The translations under genes were made by a program, and so were the position numbers. 64,000 nucleotides of DNA, from positions 50,398 to 114,397 of the forward strand of contig PMNE01000065.1 in the NCBI GenBank assembly GCA_003162635.1, in the 5' to 3' direction. Each line of letters opens with the position of its first letter. Position 1 is the first letter of the stretch. The stretch comes from Ignavibacteriota bacterium (GTDB taxonomy: Bacteria > Bacteroidota > Ignavibacteria > UBA10030 > UBA6906). Positions 29,620-39,333 of the stretch are shown here, one piece after another. Under the pieces are notes generated by a model. The model was not told the DNA's origin and did not search any database. It was given only the letters and a program-made list of their open reading frames with translations.

Positions 29620-30660
29620 TTACTTCCCTCCGTTCTCCTGTGTTCCGGTTTTCTTTTCCTCCGTTCCCGCCGTCCCTTCTCTTCTGCTTCCGTTGTTGTA
29701 CCTGTCGTATGCGTCGATGATGTCCTTCACCAGGCGGTGGCGGACAACGTCATTCCTGTCGAAGTACACGAACGCGATCCCTTCGATCCCCTTCAACACC
29801 TCCTGGATCTGGACGAGCCCCGAGCTCATTTTGTTCGGCAGATCGATCTGGGTGACATCGCCCGTGATGATCGCGCGGGAGTTGGGTCCAAGGCGTGTCA
29901 GGAACATTTTCATCTGCATGGCAGAAGCGTTCTGCGCTTCATCGAGGATAACGAACGCGTTATGCAACGTACGCCCCCGCATATAGGCCAGGGGGGCGAT
30001 CTCGATAATGCGTTTCTCGAGGTAAGCGCGAAGCTTCTCCCCCGGCAGCATGTCGTCGAGCGCGTCGTACAGCGGTCGAAGATAGGGATCCACCTTCTCT
30101 TTCAAATCGCCGGGCAGGAAGCCAAGACTCTCGCCTGCCTCCACCGCCGGACGGGTAAGGACGATCTTGGTGATCTCATTGTTCTTGAGCGCGGCAACTG
30201 CAATTGCCACCGCCATGTACGTCTTGCCTGTCCCCGCGGGTCCGACGGCAAACACGATATCGTTCTTCCGAACCTCCCTCAGGTACGCCCGTTGGCCGGA
30301 AGTTTTCGCACGAATGACCTGGTTCTTTGTGTACAGGATCAGGGAGTCAAGCTCGTCCTTGGGCAGAGTCGATGTGACGCCGCGCGGGACAGCCGGTTCG
30401 CCGTTGGCCGTCACCAGATCGATGACGGTTTCCACGTCGTTGGTCGTCAGGTTGCCGTTCCTCGTCAGGAGAAACATCATCTCCCTGAAGATGCGTTCGA
30501 GTTGATCCACTTCACCCGCGTCCCCCCGGAGGGTGATGAGGTCGCCCCGTACGACGACGGTGGAATCGAAACGCCGTTCCACAATATGAAGGTTCTCGTC
30601 GTTCAGGCCGAGGAATGCGACTGCATCCACCCCCTCCATTCTGATTTTCTTTTCGTTCAC
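29620..30660 (-). CDS. phoH: PhoH-like ATPase
   Basis: 346 aa; Walker A GPAGTGKTY, DEAQN; GTG start with GAAGGAGAG SD. Confidence 0.9.
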   Translation of the reverse strand: MNEKKIRMEGVDAVAFLGLNDENLHIVERRFDSTVVVRGDLITLRGDAGEVDQLERIFREMMFLLTRNGNLTTNDVETVIDLVTANGEPAVPRGVTSTLPKDELDSLILYTKNQVIRAKTSGQRAYLREVRKNDIVFAVGPAGTGKTYMAVAIAVAALKNNEITKIVLTRPAVEAGESLGFLPGDLKEKVDPYLRPLYDALDDMLPGEKLRAYLEKRIIEIAPLAYMRGRTLHNAFVILDEAQNASAMQMKMFLTRLGPNSRAIITGDVTQIDLPNKMSSGLVQIQEVLKGIEGIAFVYFDRNDVVRHRLVKDIIDAYDRYNNGSRREGTAGTEEKKTGTQENGGK

Positions 30661-30787
30661 GCCTGCTCTCCTTCATGCTGAAAACACACAACCCCCTCCC
30701 CTGTGCGAGACAGGAAAGGGGGTTGGACAACCGGCCGATGCCCGCAAGAGCGGGAGACGTCCTTCATCGGACAAACTGCTCCGTCAT

Positions 30788-31516
30788 CTACTTCGCCGCC
30801 TTCTTCGCATAATACTTCTTTGCGGCCTTCGCCTCATCCGTCGTCAGCTCTTTTCCCTTCGGGATCTGGAGTTTCTGTCCCTTCTTGATCACATCGGGAT
30901 CCTTGATCTGATCACGATTTCCCTGCCAGATTTTCGGCCAGAGCCAGGCATTGTCATAGATGTCTTTCTTCTTGGCAATATTCCAGAGGCAATCGCGGTT
31001 CTTGGCCCAGGTACCGACCGTGTAGATGTTCACCTGGTTCTTGAGGGTTGCTTGCAGACCTTTCACTTTTTCGTTCAGTGCGGTCAGGCGATCCCAGAAT
31101 TCCGGAATGAGGGAGAGCTTATTCTCCCACAATCCCTTCACATTCGCGGCAAGCTCGTCCACTTCGCTGCTGCGGGCGACGAGATCTGCATCCGAGAGAC
31201 GGGCAAGTTCGTTCGCCTTGTTCTCCGCGGCATCGATATCCGCACGGTAGGCGGCTGCCTTTGTCGCATCAGAGCCGACGAGGGCGTAGAGCGCGTCCAT
31301 GCACTTCTGGTAGTCGGCATCGAGCTGGGATGATTGCGACTGCAACTTCGCGATATTATCCGACAGGGCCTTCACTTTGGCCGTGAGCTCTGTCCTCGTC
31401 TGTGTATATTTGGTGATTTCCTGCTGCCATTGATCTTTCGTCATCTCCTGCGCAACAGCGCCGGCGGCGAAAACGAGCAGGGCAGCGATCACAAAGAATG
31501 TATGTTTCACGTTCAT
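30788..31516 (-). CDS. secreted coiled-coil protein with C-terminal LysM-like peptidoglycan-binding domain
   Basis: ORF from 31549; start MNVKHTFFVIAALLVFAAGAVAQE (signal peptide). ~150 aa heptad-like Ala/Leu/Lys-rich region, C-terminal YTVGTWAKNRD...IKKGQKLQIP LysM-like segment, Lys-rich tail. Confidence 0.6.
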   Translation of the reverse strand: MNVKHTFFVIAALLVFAAGAVAQEMTKDQWQQEITKYTQTRTELTAKVKALSDNIAKLQSQSSQLDADYQKCMDALYALVGSDATKAAAYRADIDAAENKANELARLSDADLVARSSEVDELAANVKGLWENKLSLIPEFWDRLTALNEKVKGLQATLKNQVNIYTVGTWAKNRDCLWNIAKKKDIYDNAWLWPKIWQGNRDQIKDPDVIKKGQKLQIPKGKELTTDEAKAAKKYYAKKAAK

Positions 31517-31549
31517 TGTCAAAGACTCCTTTTTTCGTTGTTCGCGCAT

Positions 31550-31819
31550 TTACTTGGCCAGCCGCTGCTTTACGATCGCCTGATCGTCGTTGCACTTCTT
31601 GATCTTCGCGTTCTTTTCTGCGACCTCACGATCAAGTGCGCCCTTCTGTTGCTCCTTGTCCGAGAGATCCTTCTGCATCGACGCAACTTCCTCTTTCAAG
31701 TCGTTCAGTTGCTTCAGTTGGGCCTCATCGGGACTCGATGAGCATCCAACGAGAACGAGCGAACCTGAAAAGAGGAGAGCCAGCGAAAATGCGGTGACTG
31801 TCCTGTTGAATTTTGGCAT
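31550..31819 (-). CDS. small coiled-coil lipoprotein (Lpp/Braun-like architecture)
   Basis: 89 aa; lipobox LVGC, ~65-aa charged heptad-like mature region ending in Lys; strong SD AGGAGG 7 nt upstream. Confidence 0.6.
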   Translation of the reverse strand: MPKFNRTVTAFSLALLFSGSLVLVGCSSSPDEAQLKQLNDLKEEVASMQKDLSDKEQQKGALDREVAEKNAKIKKCNDDQAIVKQRLAK

Positions 31820-31892
31820 TGGAACCCCTCCTGCGATTATATAGGAATGAGGAAACGAGAGAATCCCGTGTCTGTCTCAAAACCTAATCTTG

Positions 31893-31921
31893 ATAATACA
31901 AAAAAGTGTCACCTTTGTCAA
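31893..31921 (-). promoter_or_regulatory. consensus sigma70 promoter (TTGACA-N17-TATTAT) for lipoprotein/LysM operon
   Basis: Minus-strand reading: TTGACA (31921..31916), 17-nt spacer, TATTAT (31898..31893); ~65-nt leader to lipoprotein ATG. Confidence 0.55.
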
Positions 31922-31947
31922 TGACGAAATCCATGATTCGCAAACTT

Positions 31948-32667
31948 TTACACATATCCTCTCGCGGCGAGACTTGTGAAGCTGTTTCCGGCTACGATAA
32001 GATGATCATGGAGGGGGATGCCGACGATTTTGCCGGCTTCGCAGAGCTGATGTGTAATCTCGATATCCTCGCGGCTGGGTTCGGGATTTCCGCTCGGATG
32101 GTTATGCGCCACGATGACGGCGGCTGCCAGGCGGTCGATGGCAAACTTAAAAACCTCCCGCGGGTGGACGATGCTCGCGTTCAGCGTCCCGCGGGAAAGC
32201 TCGCTTTCGCCCACGACGCTGTTGTTTGTGTCGAGAACGAGGACAACAAACGTCTCGTGCCGGAGATCCCGCATACGGGGAATAAGGAACCGGGCGGCAT
32301 CCTCCGGGGAGCAGAGGGAATGCCTGTCACCGCATTCCTGCGCTTGCAAACGCCTTCCGATCTCCACGGCGGCCAGAATTTCGACCGCTTTGGCAAGTCC
32401 CACCCCCTGCACCCGTATCAGCTCTTCGGCGTTCTTCCGCGCCATTTCCCGCAATCCGCCCCCGTCGAGCACGCCGCGGGCAACATCCAGTGCGGAAGAG
32501 GACCCCGAGCCCGAACGGAGCAGGATCGCAAGAAGTTCGGCATCGGTCAGGGAGCCCGGTCCGCAACGCAGGAGGCGCTCACGGGGGCGTTCCTCTTCCG
32601 GCCATGTTGTGATGGCACCTCGTGCAGCGAGCGGTTCCTTGACGCATTCACGGCGACTGTTTTTCAC
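31948..32667 (-). CDS. radC: RadC-like JAB-domain protein (UPF0758)
   Basis: 239 aa; EERPRERLL helix-hairpin-helix N-terminus; JAMM motif HNHPSG. Confidence 0.88.
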   Translation of the reverse strand: MKNSRRECVKEPLAARGAITTWPEEERPRERLLRCGPGSLTDAELLAILLRSGSGSSSALDVARGVLDGGGLREMARKNAEELIRVQGVGLAKAVEILAAVEIGRRLQAQECGDRHSLCSPEDAARFLIPRMRDLRHETFVVLVLDTNNSVVGESELSRGTLNASIVHPREVFKFAIDRLAAAVIVAHNHPSGNPEPSREDIEITHQLCEAGKIVGIPLHDHLIVAGNSFTSLAARGYV

Positions 32668-34720
32668 TATTTCCCCTCACGCCGGAAGGGAGACCTGCAT
32701 CCAGCTCCTCCACTTTCCGGAGATCATCATCCTCGTACTTCATAATCGTCAGCCAGCTGTTCACCCTGTCCCCCGCAAGCGTGATCTTCGTGTGCAGGGT
32801 ATGGAAATCCTTCACGTCAGCCAGTGCCCGCTGCAGTGCTTCCCGCGTCGTGGCCCCATTCTTCACGAGGCTGAGCACGAGGAGAGCAGTGTCATAGCCA
32901 TAGAGTGTGTTGCGCGAGGGTTTCTTCTTGAAGCGGGCGACGAAACCGTTGACGAACGCCGCGTACGCCCCCCCCGTCGTATCGATGTCGCTATCCGATT
33001 CGAATGCAACGCCGCTGCAATACCTCCGGTTCGCATTCAATTCTGCCAGGTTGTTCCACTCGCCGGAGCCGAGGATCTGCGTCTGCAGATTGAAGTAGAC
33101 GATCTGGGAACAGACCACGCCGATCTCCTCTGCCGAGTTGATCGGGACGTACAGCGCTTCGATCGCATCCACGGGGTATTCAAGACTATCCGCACGCGAC
33201 TCGTCGAACATCGCGGGAATGCCGAGCGAATCAAGCGTGAACCGCGCCCGGGGACCCAGAAGCGAGATTGCGCTGATCGCGGCCCCCGTGCTCATGAGCG
33301 AATCAAGACGTGTGATGGAGACGCCGAGATGCACAAGTTTGAGGAGAGTCTGTTGACCCGTGCGGCCCCCGAACGAAATCCGCGCGTCCTCTCCGGCCTC
33401 CGCCCCCGCACGCCTGATTTTCGCAAGCGGCTGCTTCAGGTCGGACGAACCGCGCTGGTACCATTCCGTCGCCACGACGCGGGCGCCGAGGCGGGTGGCT
33501 TCGCGCACGAACGCCTCCGCGAGAAACTTCCCATAGGAATCGATGGGAGCAAGAACGGCGAGCGTCCGGAAACCGCGCGAAACGACGGCATACCGTGCCA
33601 TGGCGCGGCCGCGTGCATCATAGTCCGGGTTGGCAAGAAACACGTATTTCCCGGACGATGCCAGCCCAACGGCATTTGCCGTGGGGGTGACAAGGGGGAC
33701 TTTGCGCGCGTTGGCAACAGCCGCTGCAGACGTCACCGTGGTGGAAAAGACAGGTCCGATCACCCCGATGACCTCTTTGTCGTCGCAGAGTTCCTCCGCC
33801 CCTTTTGTCGCCAGCCGGGGTTCACGCTCCGTGTCGCGCGTTTCCAGCGTCACATTGACACGAATTCCCGGCGTCTGTTCATACTGCTCCACAGCGAACA
33901 GAACGCCGTCATACACATCGTTCCCGACTTCTTTTGCCGCCGAAGGCTCGCTCGTCCGCATCAGAGGAAGGAGCGCCCCCAGCTTCACGCTGCTTTGCGA
34001 GGCCACCCGGCCGCGAAGGGCGCTGATGCGATCCGCATACGCGGCCGACCGATAGCGGCCCGTCAGTGAATCAAGGGCAATGCCGGCGCCGACCGAGTTC
34101 TCATCCGCGGCTTCCTTCTCGGCCACCTTCAGCCAGAGATAGGCGCGGACTTCAGGATGCGCAGCCCGCGAGAGCATCTGGCGGAGGGTCGACACCCGCA
34201 GGTGCGCGTCAATGGTGGAATCGAGCGAGGCAACAACAGCGGACCCGAGTTTCGACGGCTCCTCATGCCGAAGATCACCGAGCGCCGTCAGGAGCATGTC
34301 TGTCGCCTCCTCGTATCGCTCGATTTTTTCATACACGAGGCCGATGACGTGTTCCGCATCCGGAACATACTCGCTGGCGGGAAAACGAGTAAGGAATGCC
34401 TTCATCGTTCTTGCAGCGTCGAGATTTTCGCCGGCATGATAGAGCGCCTTCCCCTTCATGACGAACGCTGCAGTGATCCGCTGTGAGGAGGGGTATTCCC
34501 GCACCAACTGGTCGAATCGCGCTGCCGCATCGCGATACGTCCCTGCATCGTAGCTCGTCAATGCCGCGCGGAACTGTCGCTCGGCGGCTTCGGAATACTC
34601 CACGCGCGTCTGGGCGCCGAGCACGCCATGCGAAGCGCCCACGGCGAGAAGAAGGCAGAGAGCAAGGTATCCGGGTCCCATCGAGGTGCACCCTCCGACT
34701 GTGAGAAACCTGCGCGGCAT
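32648..34720 (-). CDS. TPR-repeat / type-1 periplasmic binding protein fusion (LpoA-like architecture; substrate unknown)
   Basis: ORF from 34831; start MPRRFLTV (34720) with signal peptide. N-terminal TPR-like helices, C-terminal Leu/Ile/Val-binding-protein-like fold. Confidence 0.65.
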   Translation of the reverse strand: MPRRFLTVGGCTSMGPGYLALCLLLAVGASHGVLGAQTRVEYSEAAERQFRAALTSYDAGTYRDAAARFDQLVREYPSSQRITAAFVMKGKALYHAGENLDAARTMKAFLTRFPASEYVPDAEHVIGLVYEKIERYEEATDMLLTALGDLRHEEPSKLGSAVVASLDSTIDAHLRVSTLRQMLSRAAHPEVRAYLWLKVAEKEAADENSVGAGIALDSLTGRYRSAAYADRISALRGRVASQSSVKLGALLPLMRTSEPSAAKEVGNDVYDGVLFAVEQYEQTPGIRVNVTLETRDTEREPRLATKGAEELCDDKEVIGVIGPVFSTTVTSAAAVANARKVPLVTPTANAVGLASSGKYVFLANPDYDARGRAMARYAVVSRGFRTLAVLAPIDSYGKFLAEAFVREATRLGARVVATEWYQRGSSDLKQPLAKIRRAGAEAGEDARISFGGRTGQQTLLKLVHLGVSITRLDSLMSTGAAISAISLLGPRARFTLDSLGIPAMFDESRADSLEYPVDAIEALYVPINSAEEIGVVCSQIVYFNLQTQILGSGEWNNLAELNANRRYCSGVAFESDSDIDTTGGAYAAFVNGFVARFKKKPSRNTLYGYDTALLVLSLVKNGATTREALQRALADVKDFHTLHTKITLAGDRVNSWLTIMKYEDDDLRKVEELDAGLPSGVRGNSEKQSP

Positions 34721-34731
34721 GATTCTTCCCC

Positions 34732-36423
34732 CTATTGATCTTTTCGCAGCGCCAGCAGTCCGAGCGCCGACGCACCGAAGAACACTATGCCGGAAAGCAC
34801 GCCGACTGCCGCGAGAGGCAGGATCACCCATGCCTGCGACGCCGACCCCCTGAAAATCAACAGTTCAAAGTACCGGTTCACCGGGAGAAAGAGAATCGCG
34901 ACGACGCAGCCAAGGTACACCATGCTGCCGAGGAAGCTCAGAGACGCCCCCTGCGATGAGGCGATGCGAATCGGATTCTTCTCCCGGTACGAGGCGAAAT
35001 AGGTCCCGGCGCCAAGATTCGCCCCCGTCAGAGTCAGTGCAACGAAGGCGGTGCAAACGAGGTTGAGAACGAAAATGGAGGGATATTCCTTCACGGCCAT
35101 TGTGGATGCGGCAGCAAGAACTTCGGACACCACAAGTATCGGGAGAAACGCCCCCACGAATTTTTGCCAGTACAGCCCCGGCAGGGAGACAGGGGCCGAT
35201 CGCACGCACCAGAAGGCATCTCCCTCCAGGCTCATGCTGGGAAACACAAAACGAAGTGCCACCGACGCGACAAAGAAACTGTTGAAGAGGAAGACGGCAA
35301 GATAGGATACTGTCCGCAGAAACGGCTGTGTCAGCTTCAATTCGAGAGACCTGATCGACGCCAGAAAGACGACAAGGAGGAGTGCCATGAGCAAGAGGTG
35401 GAGCCATTGGCTCGGCTCCCGGAGGAAGCAGAGGATATCCCTCCGGAGCAGCACATCCCTCTGGGGAGGCAGCGGCCCCCCGCGGTCCAGTCGGAACGCG
35501 CCGGCGCGCCGGAAGAGCGATATCCCGCCCCCTCCTTCCCGGCCATCCGACGCTGTCAGCCAGCTCTTATAGTAATACTGCCGCGCAAGGATCCCGGCAA
35601 CAACGAGCAGACCCGCCAGCGTCAGAAACAGCGCAAGAAGATTGCCGACGGCCCTCGCGTGGTCCCCCATCATGGTCCAGTAGAGATATTCAGCGACCCA
35701 ATGATTTGGCAGGTAGCGCACGAACGGAGGGTCAAGGTAGCCGAAATACGCATTGACATCCGGATAATGACGCATCACTTCGGCGACGAGGGAGACCGGA
35801 TTGGTCAGGTAGAAATACACATAGATCACCCCCATGTACAGCAACGCCACGCCGGAGAGAAGCCATCGGATGCCGACGAACGCCGCCACCCTGATCAGGA
35901 TCATGAGCAGGATCACCGCCGACAGCGCGGCAATCAGCATGAAAGGAACGAGGACGGCGAACAGAGTGAACAGGTAGAAGTACCATGGCATCGCAAACGA
36001 AGAGCCGTATCCGAGCAGGAGAGCAAGCCCGAGCAGGAGAAGCGTGCTGGAGCTGTAGAAGAAATTGTCGATGAACTTGACGACAAAGATCTTCGCATGC
36101 GAGAAAGGAAGAGCCACCAGAAACTGGACCTCCTCCGAACGGTAGAGCGTCGCGTAACAGACGATCATGTTCCCAAGGTTTACCGTGATAAAGAACACGT
36201 AGAGGAGCATGGAGAGAAAACGGTGGAAGAGGAACATGCCGATGTGTTCCTGCTGGAGGAGGTACACTGTCGCCGACCGGGAGAGAAGGAAGACGCCGGC
36301 GGCGACACTGCACGAGATAAGCATCGAAGCAATGTTCTTCAGCAGGCTCGCCGGCCGAAAGTCCGTTGCCCCTTTCAGGAAAATGCTCGACTTGACGTTG
36401 AGGGCGCTCAGTATTTCGTGCAT
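34732..36423 (-). CDS. ABC transporter permease, large polytopic
   Basis: ORF from 36558; start MHEILSAL (36423) 7 nt after ATPase stop; ~12 TM helices. Confidence 0.65.
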   Translation of the reverse strand: MHEILSALNVKSSIFLKGATDFRPASLLKNIASMLISCSVAAGVFLLSRSATVYLLQQEHIGMFLFHRFLSMLLYVFFITVNLGNMIVCYATLYRSEEVQFLVALPFSHAKIFVVKFIDNFFYSSSTLLLLGLALLLGYGSSFAMPWYFYLFTLFAVLVPFMLIAALSAVILLMILIRVAAFVGIRWLLSGVALLYMGVIYVYFYLTNPVSLVAEVMRHYPDVNAYFGYLDPPFVRYLPNHWVAEYLYWTMMGDHARAVGNLLALFLTLAGLLVVAGILARQYYYKSWLTASDGREGGGGISLFRRAGAFRLDRGGPLPPQRDVLLRRDILCFLREPSQWLHLLLMALLLVVFLASIRSLELKLTQPFLRTVSYLAVFLFNSFFVASVALRFVFPSMSLEGDAFWCVRSAPVSLPGLYWQKFVGAFLPILVVSEVLAAASTMAVKEYPSIFVLNLVCTAFVALTLTGANLGAGTYFASYREKNPIRIASSQGASLSFLGSMVYLGCVVAILFLPVNRYFELLIFRGSASQAWVILPLAAVGVLSGIVFFGASALGLLALRKDQ

Positions 36424-36430
36424 GGGCCCG

Positions 36431-37138
36431 TCATTTTGTAAGGTCCAGGAACAACGCCTCCAGTTCTCCATTCTCCCGCTTCCGGGAGTCCTGGATTTCC
36501 TCGTGGATGATCCGCCCCCGCTGGATAATGGCGATCCTGTCGCAGAGTTCTTCGACAATCTCCAGAAGATGGGTCGACATGAAGATGGTGACCCCCTGTT
36601 CCGTTCTCTTCTTCAGGAGGTCCTTCACCAACCGGGCACTGCGGGGATCGAGCCCCACCATCGGCTCGTCGACGATCAGCACTTTGGGGTCGTGCAGCAG
36701 CGCCGCCGTAAGGACGATCCGCTGTCTCATCCCCTGCGAGTACTCCTCCGCCCGTTTGTCAACGAAGTCCCCCGTCTCAAAGATGTCCACGTATTCTTCG
36801 ATCCGCACCCTGAGATCTGCCTTCGACAGACGGAAGAGTCCGCCGACAAAATAGAGAAACTCCCGGCCGGTGAGCTTTTCATAGAGGAAGGGTTGATCCG
36901 GCACATACCCGATGGACTGCTTCGCCGCGAGGGGGTTCTTTTGGACGTCGAAGCCGTTGACGAGGCAGGATCCCGAGGTCGGCGCGTAGAGACCTGTCAA
37001 CATTTTGATCGTTGTGGTCTTTCCCGCCCCGTTGGGACCCAGGAAACCGAAGAATTGTCCCCGCTCAATCCTCAGGGAAACGCCATCGACGGCGGCAAAA
37101 GTGCCGAATTTCTTGGTGACGTTGTGCAGTTCAATCAT
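36431..37138 (-). CDS. ABC transporter ATP-binding protein
   Basis: 235 aa; Walker A GPNGAGKTT, signature YSQGMRQR, Walker B LIVDEP. Confidence 0.9.
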   Translation of the reverse strand: MIELHNVTKKFGTFAAVDGVSLRIERGQFFGFLGPNGAGKTTTIKMLTGLYAPTSGSCLVNGFDVQKNPLAAKQSIGYVPDQPFLYEKLTGREFLYFVGGLFRLSKADLRVRIEEYVDIFETGDFVDKRAEEYSQGMRQRIVLTAALLHDPKVLIVDEPMVGLDPRSARLVKDLLKKRTEQGVTIFMSTHLLEIVEELCDRIAIIQRGRIIHEEIQDSRKRENGELEALFLDLTK

Positions 37139-37183
37139 CGCAACTGTTCTTTCTATGCCGCAAAGGGGAGAGCATGACGGCGA

Positions 37184-37927
37184 TCAGCGGGCACCCGATC
37201 GCACTCCCCGCAGGAGGCGGGCATGCGCGTGCTGCAAGCGGCGCGCGATTCTCCCCGCGTACGGGTTAAAGCGCCACATGTCTCTGAATATCTGCCCCGT
37301 GTCGTTCCCCGCGATCGTGACGAGTGCTGCAAGATGCCGATACGAAGGAGTGGACCAGGCATGCGGTGCAATCCCCGCTGCCGGGATGAGGCGCCCGACG
37401 TACTGGCTGAGCAGTAACGTCTCCGCCATCATCCGGTCATGCTCCATGGGCGTCATCACATGAAAAAGGACTCCCACACGGCGCGCCTCTCTTTTCGCCG
37501 CTTCAAGCCGCCTGGATGACACCCTCACGGGGCAGAGGACGATCCTCTGTCCCTTGAGAGAGCCCGTATCGCTGTCCGGCCCGAACAAGGGGTGCGTGCC
37601 AAGGATCTCCACATCGGGGGGGAGAATTTCCTTCATCCATCGCACCGGCAGCGTCTTCACCGAACAGACATCGACCACCAGCGTCCCAGCCTTCACATGG
37701 GAGCGGATGGAACGAAGGGCTGTACGGAGGGACGACATAGGGACCGCCAGAACCACGATCGGCTGCGATGCGGCCTGTGCCATCGTCCCACGCCTGACCC
37801 GCGCAGGAAGTCTTCCGGTCCGCGCTCGTTGTGCGTCATACACGACAACATCGCTCCAGCCGGCGAGATAACGCGCAGCCAGCAGCCCAAACCTACCGCA
37901 GCCTATCAGACCCACCGCGGGCTTCAT
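37184..37927 (-). CDS. tyrA: prephenate/arogenate dehydrogenase (no CM domain)
   Basis: 247 aa; NAD-binding GLIGCGRFG, PDH catalytic region. Confidence 0.75.
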   Translation of the reverse strand: MKPAVGLIGCGRFGLLAARYLAGWSDVVVYDAQRARTGRLPARVRRGTMAQAASQPIVVLAVPMSSLRTALRSIRSHVKAGTLVVDVCSVKTLPVRWMKEILPPDVEILGTHPLFGPDSDTGSLKGQRIVLCPVRVSSRRLEAAKREARRVGVLFHVMTPMEHDRMMAETLLLSQYVGRLIPAAGIAPHAWSTPSYRHLAALVTIAGNDTGQIFRDMWRFNPYAGRIARRLQHAHARLLRGVRSGAR

Positions 37928-39276
37928 CGGTCGACGAGTTCCCTTTGCGATGTCTTGGCAAGCTTGAAGACGGCCCGGAACATCTGCTCCACAAACCGGA
38001 CATCCAGACGGAGATCGCGCGCCACGCCAAGTTGCTTCTTCAGGACGGCCTGCTCCCGTCCCTTGTCGAGCACGCGCGACCCGCGTTTCTTCTTGAGCGC
38101 TCCGATCTGGCGGACAAGGCCCTGGCGTTCACTGAGCAGAAGGACGATGTTGTGATCGATCAGATCGATCGTATCGCGAAGGTCCTGCAGCTTGCTCTTT
38201 CTTGCAAGAAGACGCTGCCGCGTCATGTGATCGATGAGGGTCAATGCCACCATCCCCTCCGCAACCGGCACGACGCGGGGACATATGCAAGGATCGTGAC
38301 GCCCCCCGACCGTGATGACCGCCGGCGCCCCTTCCACGGTGACCGTCTCCTGTTCCTTGCGGATCGATGAGGGGGGTTTGACCGCAATCCGGACAATAAT
38401 GTCTTCGCCGTTGGAGATTCCTCCGGCGATGCCGCCTGCGTTATTCGTCCTTGTCCGGACCCGACCCGTGCCCTTTTCCACGTACATCGGATCGTTATTC
38501 CGGCTCCCCTTGAGGCGTGCGGCCGCAAACCCGTTGCCGACTTCGAACCCCTTGATCGCCCCGATGGACATCAGTGCCTTCGCCAGATCGGCCTCAAGCT
38601 TGTCGAACACCGGTTCTCCCAGACCCAGCGGCGGGTTCATCACGATCACCTCGACAACGCCGCCGACGGAATCTCCCTCCTTCTTCGCTTTCAAGACACG
38701 CCGCTCCATCACTTTCGCCGCGAGGGGGTCTGCGCACCGCAGGGGATTCTGTTCGATCACCGAGCGGTCGAACGTTTTCGCGCGGACTCCCGCTGCCTCC
38801 ATCGTGTGCCCGATGATCTCGATCCCCCGCCGGGCAAGGATGTTCTTCGCAACGGCACCCGCTGCAACCCGCGCAGCGGTTTCACGGCCGGAGGATCGCC
38901 CTCCCCCCCGATAGTCGCTGATGCCGTATTTGGCAAGGTAGGTGAAGCCCGCATGCCCGGGGCGGAATACGTCTTTGAGCTTCTCGTACGCCTTCGGCTG
39001 CTGGTCCTTGTTCCACACGATCATGCAAATGGGCGTCCCTGTGGTCCTGCCTTCGTACACACCGCTCAAAATCTCCACCTGGTCGGTTTCCTGGCGCGAC
39101 GTGGTCAGCTTGCTCTGTCCCGGCCGGCGCCGTTCAAGTTCATGCTGTATGAATGCCAGATCGATCGGGAGACCCGGGCGTACGCCGTCGATCACCGCGC
39201 CAATCGCCCGGCCATGGCTTTCCCCGAATGTGGTGATTCGAAAGTGATTGCCTATCGCATTGCCTGCCATGGTCAT
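37924..39276 (-). CDS. aroC: chorismate synthase fused to C-terminal AroQ-type chorismate mutase domain
   Basis: 450 aa. Residues ~1-355 are AroC (GESHGRAIGAVIDG...). C-terminal ~90 aa (LQDLRDTIDLIDHNIVLLLSERQGLVRQIGALKK...VLKKQLGVARDL...VEQMFRAVF) match the AroQ CM helix-bundle consensus. Confidence 0.8.
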   Translation of the reverse strand: MTMAGNAIGNHFRITTFGESHGRAIGAVIDGVRPGLPIDLAFIQHELERRRPGQSKLTTSRQETDQVEILSGVYEGRTTGTPICMIVWNKDQQPKAYEKLKDVFRPGHAGFTYLAKYGISDYRGGGRSSGRETAARVAAGAVAKNILARRGIEIIGHTMEAAGVRAKTFDRSVIEQNPLRCADPLAAKVMERRVLKAKKEGDSVGGVVEVIVMNPPLGLGEPVFDKLEADLAKALMSIGAIKGFEVGNGFAAARLKGSRNNDPMYVEKGTGRVRTRTNNAGGIAGGISNGEDIIVRIAVKPPSSIRKEQETVTVEGAPAVITVGGRHDPCICPRVVPVAEGMVALTLIDHMTRQRLLARKSKLQDLRDTIDLIDHNIVLLLSERQGLVRQIGALKKKRGSRVLDKGREQAVLKKQLGVARDLRLDVRFVEQMFRAVFKLAKTSQRELVDR

Positions 39277-39333
39277 TCACAAAAAGGATGTGGATCCGGT
39301 GTACCTCCGCCAGCGACTTCTGCTCCCGGGTTC

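Noticed and set aside
32114-36441. 651-aa and 425-aa plus-strand ORFs (32114..34069, 35164..36441)
   Set aside because: Antisense shadows of the TPR-PBP and ABC permease genes.
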